A DNA stretch of 64,000 nucleotides, taken from a candidate division WOR-3 bacterium (lineage in GTDB: Bacteria; Hydrothermota; Tepidihabitantia; Tepidihabitantales; Tepidihabitantaceae). Under the pieces are notes generated by a model. That model was given only the letters and a program-made list of their open reading frames with translations, was not told the DNA's origin and made no database searches. This document shows positions 39,668 to 47,508 of the stretch, piece after piece; position 1 is the stretch's first letter; every line of letters starts with the position of its first letter. The translations under genes and the position numbers were made by a program. Where the stretch lies: NCBI GenBank assembly GCA_965648905.1, contig CBFGIT010000010.1, forward strand, positions 32,001 to 96,000, written 5' to 3'.

Positions 39668-41155
39668 CTACCTGGTCAGAACGACCCGGTGCGTGCGGCC
39701 GGATGCGCTCGGGACAAAGTAGACACCGGGCGTAAGGCGGGAAAGGTCGTTGGCACCAGGCCGAAGCGACCGGACACGACGGCCGGTGGCATCGACCAGG
39801 TCGGTTGTCTGATTGCCGGCGAGAAGCAGGATTCGGCTTACGACCGTGGCCGGCTCGGCAGCGCGAATGCGGGCCGGGCCAAGGGTTTCGGCCAGAGCAG
39901 TCGGAACCCGGGCCTTGAGCGTGCCGTCACCAACCAGGCACATGCCGTAGAACCACGACTGCTCCCAGGGCTCAAGGCCGTCCATCATGCGCCAGTAGAA
40001 CCAGACAACCAGCGCCTCGGCCAGGGGCCGACCCTCGAACAGAGCGTAGTAGAAGTCCTCAAACCGGAGCATCGAGCCGGTCTTGGTCGAGCCGACCGCG
40101 CCCAGTCCGGTTGAGGTCTGGAACACATAGCAGCCGCCGCAGAAGTTACGCTCGACAAATCGGGCGTTGGAACAGGCGAAGAGATTGTAGAAATTCGCGC
40201 ACGGGTCGAGTCCGGCAATCTGGTCGGCGTAGAAGTAGTCCCAGTTCTGGCCGTTGTTATATTTCATTGCGTGGCCGCCCGGCCAGGAATGAGAGCAGAG
40301 CTGAATCCACTGGTAGGCGGCAGTGTCAATCCGGGGACGATAGTCGCGGACCCGGGTCGTTTCGCGCTGCCAGACAAAGACCCGCTCCGGGTACAGATAC
40401 CCGACCGCATAGTCCCACTCCGACGCATAGGGAACCCAGTCGTCGTCGATGTAGACCAGGGCCCGGTCAGTGACCGGCAGGTCGCCGTTCCGATACCGGT
40501 GGTTCCGGGAAAGATAGCGGCTGAGCAGGGTGACTTCGTTGCCGACCACGGATGCAGGCAGACGCGAAACCGCCAGTTCGGGCACGATGTCGCCGTCGTG
40601 CTGGTCGTAGATGCCGTCGGCGCCCGAGACCAGACTGTCAAGGGTATCGAGTCGCACCATCTGGTCGGCCCAGTTGCCGTTGATGTCGGCGAAGAAAAGG
40701 TCACAGGGGAACTCCTCGTAGCCCTCGTCCGGGTCGCGGCGGCGGTTTGAATTCCAGTCGTCAATCATCTGGAACCAGGCCACCGGCAGGTCGCCGACGA
40801 GCACGGCATGACGCACGCCCAGCTCGTACTCGCGGGCAAGGAAAGCCCGGAGCGACTCAGCCGACGTGGCTGCGACCGAATAGAGCATCGGCGCATGGCC
40901 TTCCTGGACAAGGTCGGCAAAGAGCGTGTCGAGCTGCAACCGGAGCGGGGCGACAAGCTCCTCTTCAATCAGCACGTCGACCCCGGGTTCGAGCCGGGGC
41001 CCGACCGAAGAAATCGGCCGGATGCGCCAGACCGGGCCTGCGGGTCGGGATTCAAGCCAGGATGAATAGCTCAGCGGCCGCGAGCTGTCCGGGCTCTGCC
41101 AGCGCAGGACCTGGACCGAAGGAACGGCGACCAGAGCGAAGATGAGAGCGAACAC
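39668..41155 (-). CDS. Secreted C25 (gingipain-like) cysteine-peptidase-like protein with T9SS-type CTD
   Basis: VLVGDLP, CDLFFADING, PELAVSRLP, CSHSWP (His), FACSNARF (Cys), LVGDGTL; CTD LVDATGRRV...PGVYFV. Confidence 0.7.
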   Translation of the reverse strand: MFALIFALVAVPSVQVLRWQSPDSSRPLSYSSWLESRPAGPVWRIRPISSVGPRLEPGVDVLIEEELVAPLRLQLDTLFADLVQEGHAPMLYSVAATSAESLRAFLAREYELGVRHAVLVGDLPVAWFQMIDDWNSNRRRDPDEGYEEFPCDLFFADINGNWADQMVRLDTLDSLVSGADGIYDQHDGDIVPELAVSRLPASVVGNEVTLLSRYLSRNHRYRNGDLPVTDRALVYIDDDWVPYASEWDYAVGYLYPERVFVWQRETTRVRDYRPRIDTAAYQWIQLCSHSWPGGHAMKYNNGQNWDYFYADQIAGLDPCANFYNLFACSNARFVERNFCGGCYVFQTSTGLGAVGSTKTGSMLRFEDFYYALFEGRPLAEALVVWFYWRMMDGLEPWEQSWFYGMCLVGDGTLKARVPTALAETLGPARIRAAEPATVVSRILLLAGNQTTDLVDATGRRVRSLRPGANDLSRLTPGVYFVPSASGRTHRVVLTR

Positions 41156-41199
41156 ACGACAGCGTAGCCCGCAGGGCGCGGCTTGTCAACCTCGCGCAG

Positions 41200-41268
41200 G
41201 CAGGCGGCAGAGTGCAGCCTTCTCTGCCGCCTGCTGGTTCTCAGCGCCCGGCGTGATGCGTCGGGCGC
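41200..41268 (-). terminator. Tandem hairpins downstream of the capsid-like gene
   Basis: GCAGGCGGCAGAG-9 nt-CTCTGCCGCCTGC (41200-41234) and GCGCCCGGCG-tgatg-CGTCGGGCGC (~41243-41268). Confidence 0.55.
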
Positions 41269-41277
41269 AGCGCGCCG

Positions 41278-41655
41278 TTACGGACTCGATGGCGGCGCGA
41301 TGTTGAAGACGCCGGTGCGGATGGTCTCGAGCACACTGCGGGCCAGGCCGCGGGCCACCCATTTCACAATGAGCAGCTCGGCCTCAACCGACGCAGACTC
41401 GCCGGAGACCTCGCGCCCGTGGGTCAGATGCCAGAGCTCCCGGCCGAAGCTCAGGTACGAGGGGTACAGGATGATTGAGACCCCGGCCAAATCCAGCACC
41501 TGCTTGACCTGGGACTCCATCGTCGCAATCAGCGCGAACACGGACTGGACCCGGGCGAGCATGTCGGCCCGCTTCTTGTCCATCCGCGCCTTCACCTGGT
41601 CGGTGTCGAAGTTTGAGTCCCAGTTCATGACTCTACGGACTGGGTCAATCGGCAT
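41278..41655 (-). CDS. Small helical protein resembling the SIRV2-type (Adnaviria) major capsid protein, paralog B
   Basis: Strong SD AAGGAGGT; RRVMNWDSNF...MESQVKQVLDLAGV..ILYPSYLSFGREL...KWVARGLARSVLETI; paralogous to 43381-43830. Confidence 0.65.
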   Translation of the reverse strand: MPIDPVRRVMNWDSNFDTDQVKARMDKKRADMLARVQSVFALIATMESQVKQVLDLAGVSIILYPSYLSFGRELWHLTHGREVSGESASVEAELLIVKWVARGLARSVLETIRTGVFNIAPPSSP

Positions 41656-41790
41656 GGTTGTCACCTCCTTTCGGCAACGTGATTGGCGTCCTTACCATGG
41701 CGGACGCCGGTTGCGGCCTGAGTTCGGGCCAGGCGTGGCCTGCGCCTGCTGCCGGCTCGTGCTCAAGCATCACGGCAATCGTCGGTTCGG

Positions 41791-42063
41791 TCATTGCTGA
41801 ACTCCGATGTCGACAATGAGCTGCCGCACGACACTCGCGGTATCGGTCCACTCAACGTGGTTCATGTACTGCCACAGCAGCTCGACCAGGGCCGCCTCGA
41901 GCAGCCGGCGGTGCATAGACCGCAGCCGCTTCTCCTGACAGGCCAGCAGCGCCAGCGCCTGCCGGCCGTGCTTCGTGGCCGGAACCAGGCGCTGGGCATC
42001 GACCGTCAACTCAAGCAGGTCGGCCACGCGGTCGGCTTCCTGGACAAGGCGTGCGGCATTCAT
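41791..42063 (-). CDS. Hypothetical helical protein (90 aa)
   Basis: SD-like GAGAGG; MNAARLVQEADRVADLLE...; first gene after the conserved promoter-like motif. Confidence 0.6.
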   Translation of the reverse strand: MNAARLVQEADRVADLLELTVDAQRLVPATKHGRQALALLACQEKRLRSMHRRLLEAALVELLWQYMNHVEWTDTASVVRQLIVDIGVQQ

Positions 42064-42089
42064 GGCTGGCCTCTCTTTCTCGTGGTTCA

Positions 42090-42127
42090 TCACTGGAATT
42101 GGAGAAACCGACCGGCCCGGACGCAAC
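42090..42127 (-). promoter_or_regulatory. Conserved motif copy 1, candidate ECF sigma promoter
   Basis: Minus strand GTTGCGT-N11-GGTTTCTCCAATTCCAGTGA; matches the copy at 43842-43879. Confidence 0.65.
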
Positions 42128-42212
42128 CTGGGCGACGAACCCGGCGCTTCGCTGACAAACGCGACCGCCCCGGTACACCGGGGCGGCTGCCCGCTACGAC
42201 TGTCGGCCTGGG

Positions 42213-42674
42213 CTACTTCTTGCGCTTACGCGGTCGGCGCTGACCGGCCGCGCGCTTCGGCCCGGCGCTGGGGCCCGCACGTCTCTTTCGGCGCGGTCTT
42301 GCCGGCGCGACCTCTTCTACGCCCAGGGTCGTGACGTCCGCGAGGCGTCGGTTTGGTGGCCTGAGAGCTGCTTGTCGGCCTGTTGCCGCGGGCCCAAGCA
42401 CCGCGGCCAGCCTGTCCTCTGGCCGTTCGACAACAGAGAGCAGCCGGGCCAGCAGCGTCGCGAACGCCTCTTTCTCGTCTTTGCCCTCGACCGCCATCAC
42501 GACCTCATCGCCCGGCTCAGGGCCCAGGGTCATGACTTCGAGGTCGTCCTTGCCGTTGACCGTTTCCCTGCCCAGGCTGAGCGTGACCGTTGACCTGAAT
42601 CGCGCTGCTGCGCGTGCAAAACCGAGCGCGGCTTCGGCGTTCCAGCCTTCAACCGCAATCGCGACCTTAGTCAA
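42213..42674 (-). CDS. HPr-fold protein lacking His15, with a basic C-terminal tail
   Basis: GWNAEAA..FARAAARFRSTVTL...VNGKDDLEVMTLG..PGDEVVMAVEGKDEKEA; tail RPRRKRR...RRPRKRKK. Confidence 0.75.
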   Translation of the reverse strand: MTKVAIAVEGWNAEAALGFARAAARFRSTVTLSLGRETVNGKDDLEVMTLGPEPGDEVVMAVEGKDEKEAFATLLARLLSVVERPEDRLAAVLGPAATGRQAALRPPNRRLADVTTLGVEEVAPARPRRKRRAGPSAGPKRAAGQRRPRKRKK

Positions 42675-43338
42675 TTGACCTCCTCTGGTCGCGCTTCTCT
42701 TTCAGCACTTCGCGGCCGCGCTTCAGATGGTTCCGCACGTCGCTCGCGCTCACCTTGAGTACCAGGGCGATCTCGCCGGGCGACAGCCCGGCCATGGTCA
42801 GGTAGAACACTTCTCTGGTCTGCGGGGTCAGCAACTCGCGCACGTCTTTGACCACTTCGAGCAGCCGCTCGCGCTGCTCGTGGTCTCTCTCGGGCGTGTG
42901 CTGTCTGCTAACTGTCAGGGCCTGTTCAATCTGGGTAATCCAGTCTGCCTCCTGGGGCCGTGCCGCGCCCTGGTCCTCAACGTCGTCGGATTGACCGGGT
43001 GAGTCGAACTCGACCTCGCGGCCGGCCACGACCAGCACCGCCTTCTGTTCCTTGAGCAGCCGAAACTTGTAGATGCTGTACAGCCAGGCAAAGAACGACG
43101 AACGACCCTGGAACGTGCCGACATTGTTGAAAGCATCGGCCAGCGTATCCTGCACCACTGCCTCGGCCCGAGCCCGGTCATGCAGCGAGGACGCGGCGTG
43201 GTTCAGCAGACCCTGCCGGTACTTCCTGTCCAACTCGTCGGCCGCGGCGTGGCCGTCCAGAATCCGGGCCACGGCATCAGCGTCCGGGTCCTCGGGCCGG
43301 CAGGGCCGGCGTGGCCTGGGGGCTTCACTCTTGGCCAT
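42667..43338 (-). CDS. ECF-type RNA polymerase sigma factor
   Basis: Region 2 AEAVVQDTL..AF....TFQGRSSFFAWLYSI; region 4 LTPQTREVFYL..AGLSPGEIALVL......VRNHLKRGREVL; own sigma70 promoter TTGACT(43377)-16-TACAGT. Confidence 0.88.
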   Translation of the reverse strand: MAKSEAPRPRRPCRPEDPDADAVARILDGHAAADELDRKYRQGLLNHAASSLHDRARAEAVVQDTLADAFNNVGTFQGRSSFFAWLYSIYKFRLLKEQKAVLVVAGREVEFDSPGQSDDVEDQGAARPQEADWITQIEQALTVSRQHTPERDHEQRERLLEVVKDVRELLTPQTREVFYLTMAGLSPGEIALVLKVSASDVRNHLKRGREVLKEKRDQRRSID

Positions 43339-43380
43339 GACGTTTCCTCACTGTAGTGCGGATTCGTCCCAAGTCAACGG

Positions 43381-43830
43381 CTACCGGCCATTGCGCAGGA
43401 TGCCCAGTTCCTCGAGCACCTCGATGACCGCGGCCTCGACTCTGTCCAGCAGAATCGGGTCCAGACCCCGGACAGCCCACTTGTAGCGGACAATCTCGAA
43501 CTCGGACTCCTGGCACGACGTCGGCACTGTGCGCCAGATGCGGCTCAGCTCGCGGCCAAAGTCGTTGTACCAGAATCGGATCAGGCCCGGCACGCAGGCC
43601 GCGTCGGTCACCTGGGCCACAGCCTGTTCCACCCGGCCCTGCAGCTCGGCCTGGGTGCGATACCTCTGCTGCATCTGCTCAGTTCGGAACGCGAGCCGAC
43701 CAGCCAACCGCTCCGGCGTGTACTTCGCAGCCCACTTGGCAACGCGGCGCCTGACCTGCTCGGCCACCGGGTCGGGCGGCGTCGCTCCGGCATCCGTCAT
43801 TCGAACTTCGTCGTCAGCACTTCTCTTCAT
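43381..43830 (-). CDS. Small helical protein resembling the SIRV2-type (Adnaviria) major capsid protein, paralog A
   Basis: SD AAGGAG; RRRVAKWAAKY...VEQAVAQVTDAACVPGLIRFWYNDFGRELSR...KWAVRGLDPILLDRV. Confidence 0.65.
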   Translation of the reverse strand: MKRSADDEVRMTDAGATPPDPVAEQVRRRVAKWAAKYTPERLAGRLAFRTEQMQQRYRTQAELQGRVEQAVAQVTDAACVPGLIRFWYNDFGRELSRIWRTVPTSCQESEFEIVRYKWAVRGLDPILLDRVEAAVIEVLEELGILRNGR

Positions 43831-43841
43831 GAGTGCTCCTT

Positions 43842-43879
43842 TCACTGGCATTAGAGAAACCACGACCCCAAAACGCAAC
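43842..43879 (-). promoter_or_regulatory. Conserved motif copy 2, candidate ECF sigma promoter
   Basis: Minus strand GTTGCGT-N11-GGTTTCTCTAATGCCAGTGA directly upstream of the SD. Confidence 0.65.
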
Positions 43880-43929
43880 ACCGCCCGTTCATCCGTCCTC
43901 ACTTCTGCTTGCTTCTGTCTTTTCTTCAC

Positions 43930-43980
43930 GTCTGCCATTCTGCACTCTGCAATCTGCATTCTGTCTTCTGCCTTTGTCCT
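43930..43980. repeat. Degenerate 7-nt tandem repeat
   Basis: TCTGCCA TTCTGCA CTCTGCA ATCTGCA TTCTGTC TTCTGCC TTTGTCC. Confidence 0.75.
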
Positions 43981-44589
43981 ACCATATGACCATCCCCTGG
44001 CTGGTAAGGGGGACGGTTCCCCTTTCCGAGCCCCCTGCCCCGACCCCGGCCCAACCCCCCTGGGCTAGCCCCGGCGCAGCGGCTACGCCTTCCCCTGCCC
44101 CAATCCTTTCGGCAACCCCTGCGCCTGCCGCCGCCCCGGGGGGTTCGGCGGCCAGGGCCCAGGCCCGATGCGTTCGCGGTTCCCCAGCCCGGGCCCAGAC
44201 CGGTGTCGACCCCCCTTCCCATCCGCCCGCGCCTCCCCTTGCCCAACCCACCGCGACACCCCTCAGCCCGGCCGCAGAATTGCCGTCTGCGCGGTCTTGA
44301 CTTGCGCAAGCTCAGCATTATTCTGTCGGACGATGGAACGCCAGTCGCTTGGTCCCGGGGCCCCTGGTGCGGGCAGGCGGTCGCTTCGACTCCGACGCCC
44401 GGGTCCGGGAGTTCCGTGGGTTCGTTGCGAAGCAATGGGGCGAGTCGGGCCACGACCGTATCGCACGGGCAGCAGTCTGGGCCCGGCCAGTGATGTCGGT
44501 TCCCTGTCCGGGATACTCTGAAGCGAGGTAAGCTGGATGTCTCCCAACCTCTGGCACGTGCTCTTGACCCGTGCAACAGCCCGGGACGC

Positions 44590-47508
44590 ATGAGCACCGA
44601 CTACCACGCGCAGTACTGGGCGCACGAACTGACCCGCCGCCGTGCGTCGGATGAATCGGACAAGTTCTCGTCTACGTTCTACAACGCCACCGTTGACCTG
44701 AACCCGCACCAGATTGACGCGGCTCTCTTCGCCTTCCGCAACCCGCTATCGCGCGGCGCGATTCTGGCCGACGAGGTCGGCCTCGGCAAGACCATCGAAG
44801 CCGGACTGGTCATCAGCCAGCTTTGGGCCGAGCGCAAGCGTCGTATCCTCTGTGTCGTGCCCGCGTCCATCCGCAAGCAGTGGCTGCAGGAGTTGCAGGA
44901 GAAGTTCTTCGTCCGGGCCACGATTCTCGAAACCGCCAGCTTCAACCAGGCGGTGCGCAACGGAACCGTGAATCCATTCGAGCGGGACGGCACCATCGTT
45001 ATCTGCTCCTACAACTTCGCTCGGACCCGTGAGAACGAACTGCGTCTCGTTCCGTGGGACCTCGTTGTGGTTGACGAGGCCCACCGTCTGCGAAACGTCT
45101 ACAAGTCGGGCAACAAGATTGCGAAGTCCATCTACGACTCCCTGCTGGAGCGGCCCAAGCTCCTGCTCACGGCGACCCCGCTCCAGAACTCGCTCATGGA
45201 GCTGTACGGCCTGGTCAGCTTCGTAGACGCCCACCTGTTCGGTAACGAAGACGCGTTCCGAGACCAGTATGCGCGGTACGGCGCAGACCTTGCCCCGGAG
45301 ACCTATGCCGAGCTGCGTGCCCGACTGGCGCCGGTCTGCCAGCGAGCACTCAGGCGTCAGGTAGTTGAGTATGTCCGCTACACCAACCGCACCTCACTGA
45401 CGCAGGACTTCTCGCCCACCGAGGACGAGGTCCGGCTCTATGAAGCAGTGTCCGGCTACCTGCAGCGGCCCGAATCGTTCGCCCTGCCAAAGAGCCAGCG
45501 CCAGTTGCTTACGCTCGTTCTGCGCAAGATTCTGGCATCATCTTCCTACGCAATCGCGGCCACCCTCGGCACCATGCTGGAACGCTTGGAGGCGTTGGAG
45601 GCAGGCCTCAAGGACTCCGAAGCGCCTGACGTTGCCGATGCTGTTGCGACCGACTTCGAAGCCTTGGGGCAGACTCAAGAAGAGTGGACTGAGGCCGACG
45701 ACGATGTCGTTGCCCGCGAGCGCAAAGCGAGCGACTCCGAGGAGCAGAAACGCATGCTAGAACTGCTCCGGGCCGAGATTGCCGACCTCCGCTCATACAA
45801 GGAACTGGCCACGTCCATTGTCGAGAACGCCAAAGCCAAGGCCCTGCTTTATGCTCTGGATGCCGGGTTCCGCAAAGCCGCAGAGCTCGCCGGCCCGCGT
45901 AAGGCGCTTATCTTCACCGAGTCCCGCCGCACCCAGATGTACCTGAAGGACTGGCTGGTGAAGAACGGCTATGCCGGGCAGGTCGTCACCTTCAATGGCA
46001 CGAACACCGAGCCCGACTCAAAGCGCATCTACCGCGAATGGCGCGAGCGCCACAAGAACGACGACGCCGCTACCGGCTCGGCTTCGGCCGACATGCGTTC
46101 TGCCCTTGTCGAGGAGTTCCGGGACCGCGCCGCAATCATGATTGCCACCGAATCCGGCGCTGAGGGCGTCAACCTCCAGTTCTGCAACGTGGTCATCAAC
46201 TACGACCTGCCCTGGAATCCCCAGCGCATCGAGCAGCGCATCGGCCGTTGCCACCGCTACGGTCAGAAGCACGACGTGGTTGTCATCAACTTCCTCAACC
46301 GCAAGAATGCGGCGGACCAGCGCGTATTTGAGTTGCTCCGCGACAAGTTCCGGCTCTTCGACGGCGTCTTCGGCGCTTCGGACGAGGTGCTTGGTGCGCT
46401 CGGCTCCGGCGCGGATTTCGAGAAGCGTATCAACGATATCTACCAGTGCTGCCGCACGCCCGAGGACATCACCAAGGCGTTCGACCAGTTGCAGCTCGAC
46501 TTCGACGAGCGCATCCAGTCCCGGCTGAGCGACGCCCGTGCCAAGCTGATGGAGAACTTCGATGAGGAGGTCCACCGCAGGCTCAAGCTCTATCAGAACG
46601 AAACTGATAAGCAACTGGACCGGTTCCGTGAGTGGCTCTGGTTGCTCACCCGGCACGAGCTCGGCGACGCTGCCTTGTTCGGCGAAGGCCATTCATTCCG
46701 GCTGGACCGCGCGCCGGCAGGCGTCCGACTTGAACCGGAGCATCTCGGTCAGTATCGGCTGGTGACCGAGCGTAACGGAGAGCCCGAGCACCACTACCGC
46801 ATCGGACACCCGCTGGCCGTGCAGCTCATCGAACGGGCCAAAGCACGAGCACTCTCGCCGTGCGAGGTTGTCGTCCGTTACGACCTGCACCGGGCGGCAA
46901 ACCCGCGAATCAGCCTCGTAGAGGCTCTACAGGGCAAGACCGGCTGGCTGCGGCTTGGGCTGCTAACCGTGGACTCGTTCGAGCGGGAAGAATACCTGGT
47001 CTTCGCGGCAATGTGCGACGACGGCTCCCCGCTTGACGACGAGACCTGCCGCAAGCTGCTCTCAGTTGATGCCGAAACCGGAGCCACAGCCGCGCTGCCG
47101 CCGGACAAGTCGAGAGCGCTGGACGGACTTGCGAGAGAGTCGCAGGGCCGACTCCTTGCCCGCGTGACGGAGCGCAACCAGAAGTACTTCGAGCAGGAAA
47201 TCGAGAAGCTCGACGCATGGGCAGAAGACCTGAAAGAGAACCTCGAGCGAGAGCTGAAGGAATTGGACCGCGAGATTCGGGCGACCAAGAAACAGGCCCG
47301 GCAGATGATGGACCTCGACCAGAAGGTCGCCCTGCACAAGAAAGCCAAAGAGACCGAGCGCAAGCGCAACGACAAGCGCCGGGCGCTCTTCGACCAGCAT
47401 GACGCGATAGATAGGCAAAAAGACAGCGTGATCACGCGCGTCGAAACGCAACTCGCCCAGAAGGTCGAGATGAAGAAGCTGTTTGAGATAAGATGGAGGG
47501 TGGTGTAG
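44590..47508 (+). CDS. SNF2-family helicase (type III RM-associated)
   Basis: LNPHQID, LADEVGLGKT, VDEAHRL, LTATPLQN, GAEGVNLQ, YDLPWNPQRIEQRIGRCHR; C-terminal coiled coil. Confidence 0.93.
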   Translation: MSTDYHAQYWAHELTRRRASDESDKFSSTFYNATVDLNPHQIDAALFAFRNPLSRGAILADEVGLGKTIEAGLVISQLWAERKRRILCVVPASIRKQWLQELQEKFFVRATILETASFNQAVRNGTVNPFERDGTIVICSYNFARTRENELRLVPWDLVVVDEAHRLRNVYKSGNKIAKSIYDSLLERPKLLLTATPLQNSLMELYGLVSFVDAHLFGNEDAFRDQYARYGADLAPETYAELRARLAPVCQRALRRQVVEYVRYTNRTSLTQDFSPTEDEVRLYEAVSGYLQRPESFALPKSQRQLLTLVLRKILASSSYAIAATLGTMLERLEALEAGLKDSEAPDVADAVATDFEALGQTQEEWTEADDDVVARERKASDSEEQKRMLELLRAEIADLRSYKELATSIVENAKAKALLYALDAGFRKAAELAGPRKALIFTESRRTQMYLKDWLVKNGYAGQVVTFNGTNTEPDSKRIYREWRERHKNDDAATGSASADMRSALVEEFRDRAAIMIATESGAEGVNLQFCNVVINYDLPWNPQRIEQRIGRCHRYGQKHDVVVINFLNRKNAADQRVFELLRDKFRLFDGVFGASDEVLGALGSGADFEKRINDIYQCCRTPEDITKAFDQLQLDFDERIQSRLSDARAKLMENFDEEVHRRLKLYQNETDKQLDRFREWLWLLTRHELGDAALFGEGHSFRLDRAPAGVRLEPEHLGQYRLVTERNGEPEHHYRIGHPLAVQLIERAKARALSPCEVVVRYDLHRAANPRISLVEALQGKTGWLRLGLLTVDSFEREEYLVFAAMCDDGSPLDDETCRKLLSVDAETGATAALPPDKSRALDGLARESQGRLLARVTERNQKYFEQEIEKLDAWAEDLKENLERELKELDREIRATKKQARQMMDLDQKVALHKKAKETERKRNDKRRALFDQHDAIDRQKDSVITRVETQLAQKVEMKKLFEIRWRVV

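Noticed and set aside
41278..43830. Complete provirus
   Set aside because: No integrase, replication protein, packaging ATPase or att repeats are visible around the capsid-like genes
44335..44430. tRNA-Sec-like or tRNA integration site (CTGGTG loop, TTCGACTCC)
   Set aside because: I could not build a cloverleaf; there is no UCA anticodon loop, properly placed T-arm or acceptor stem
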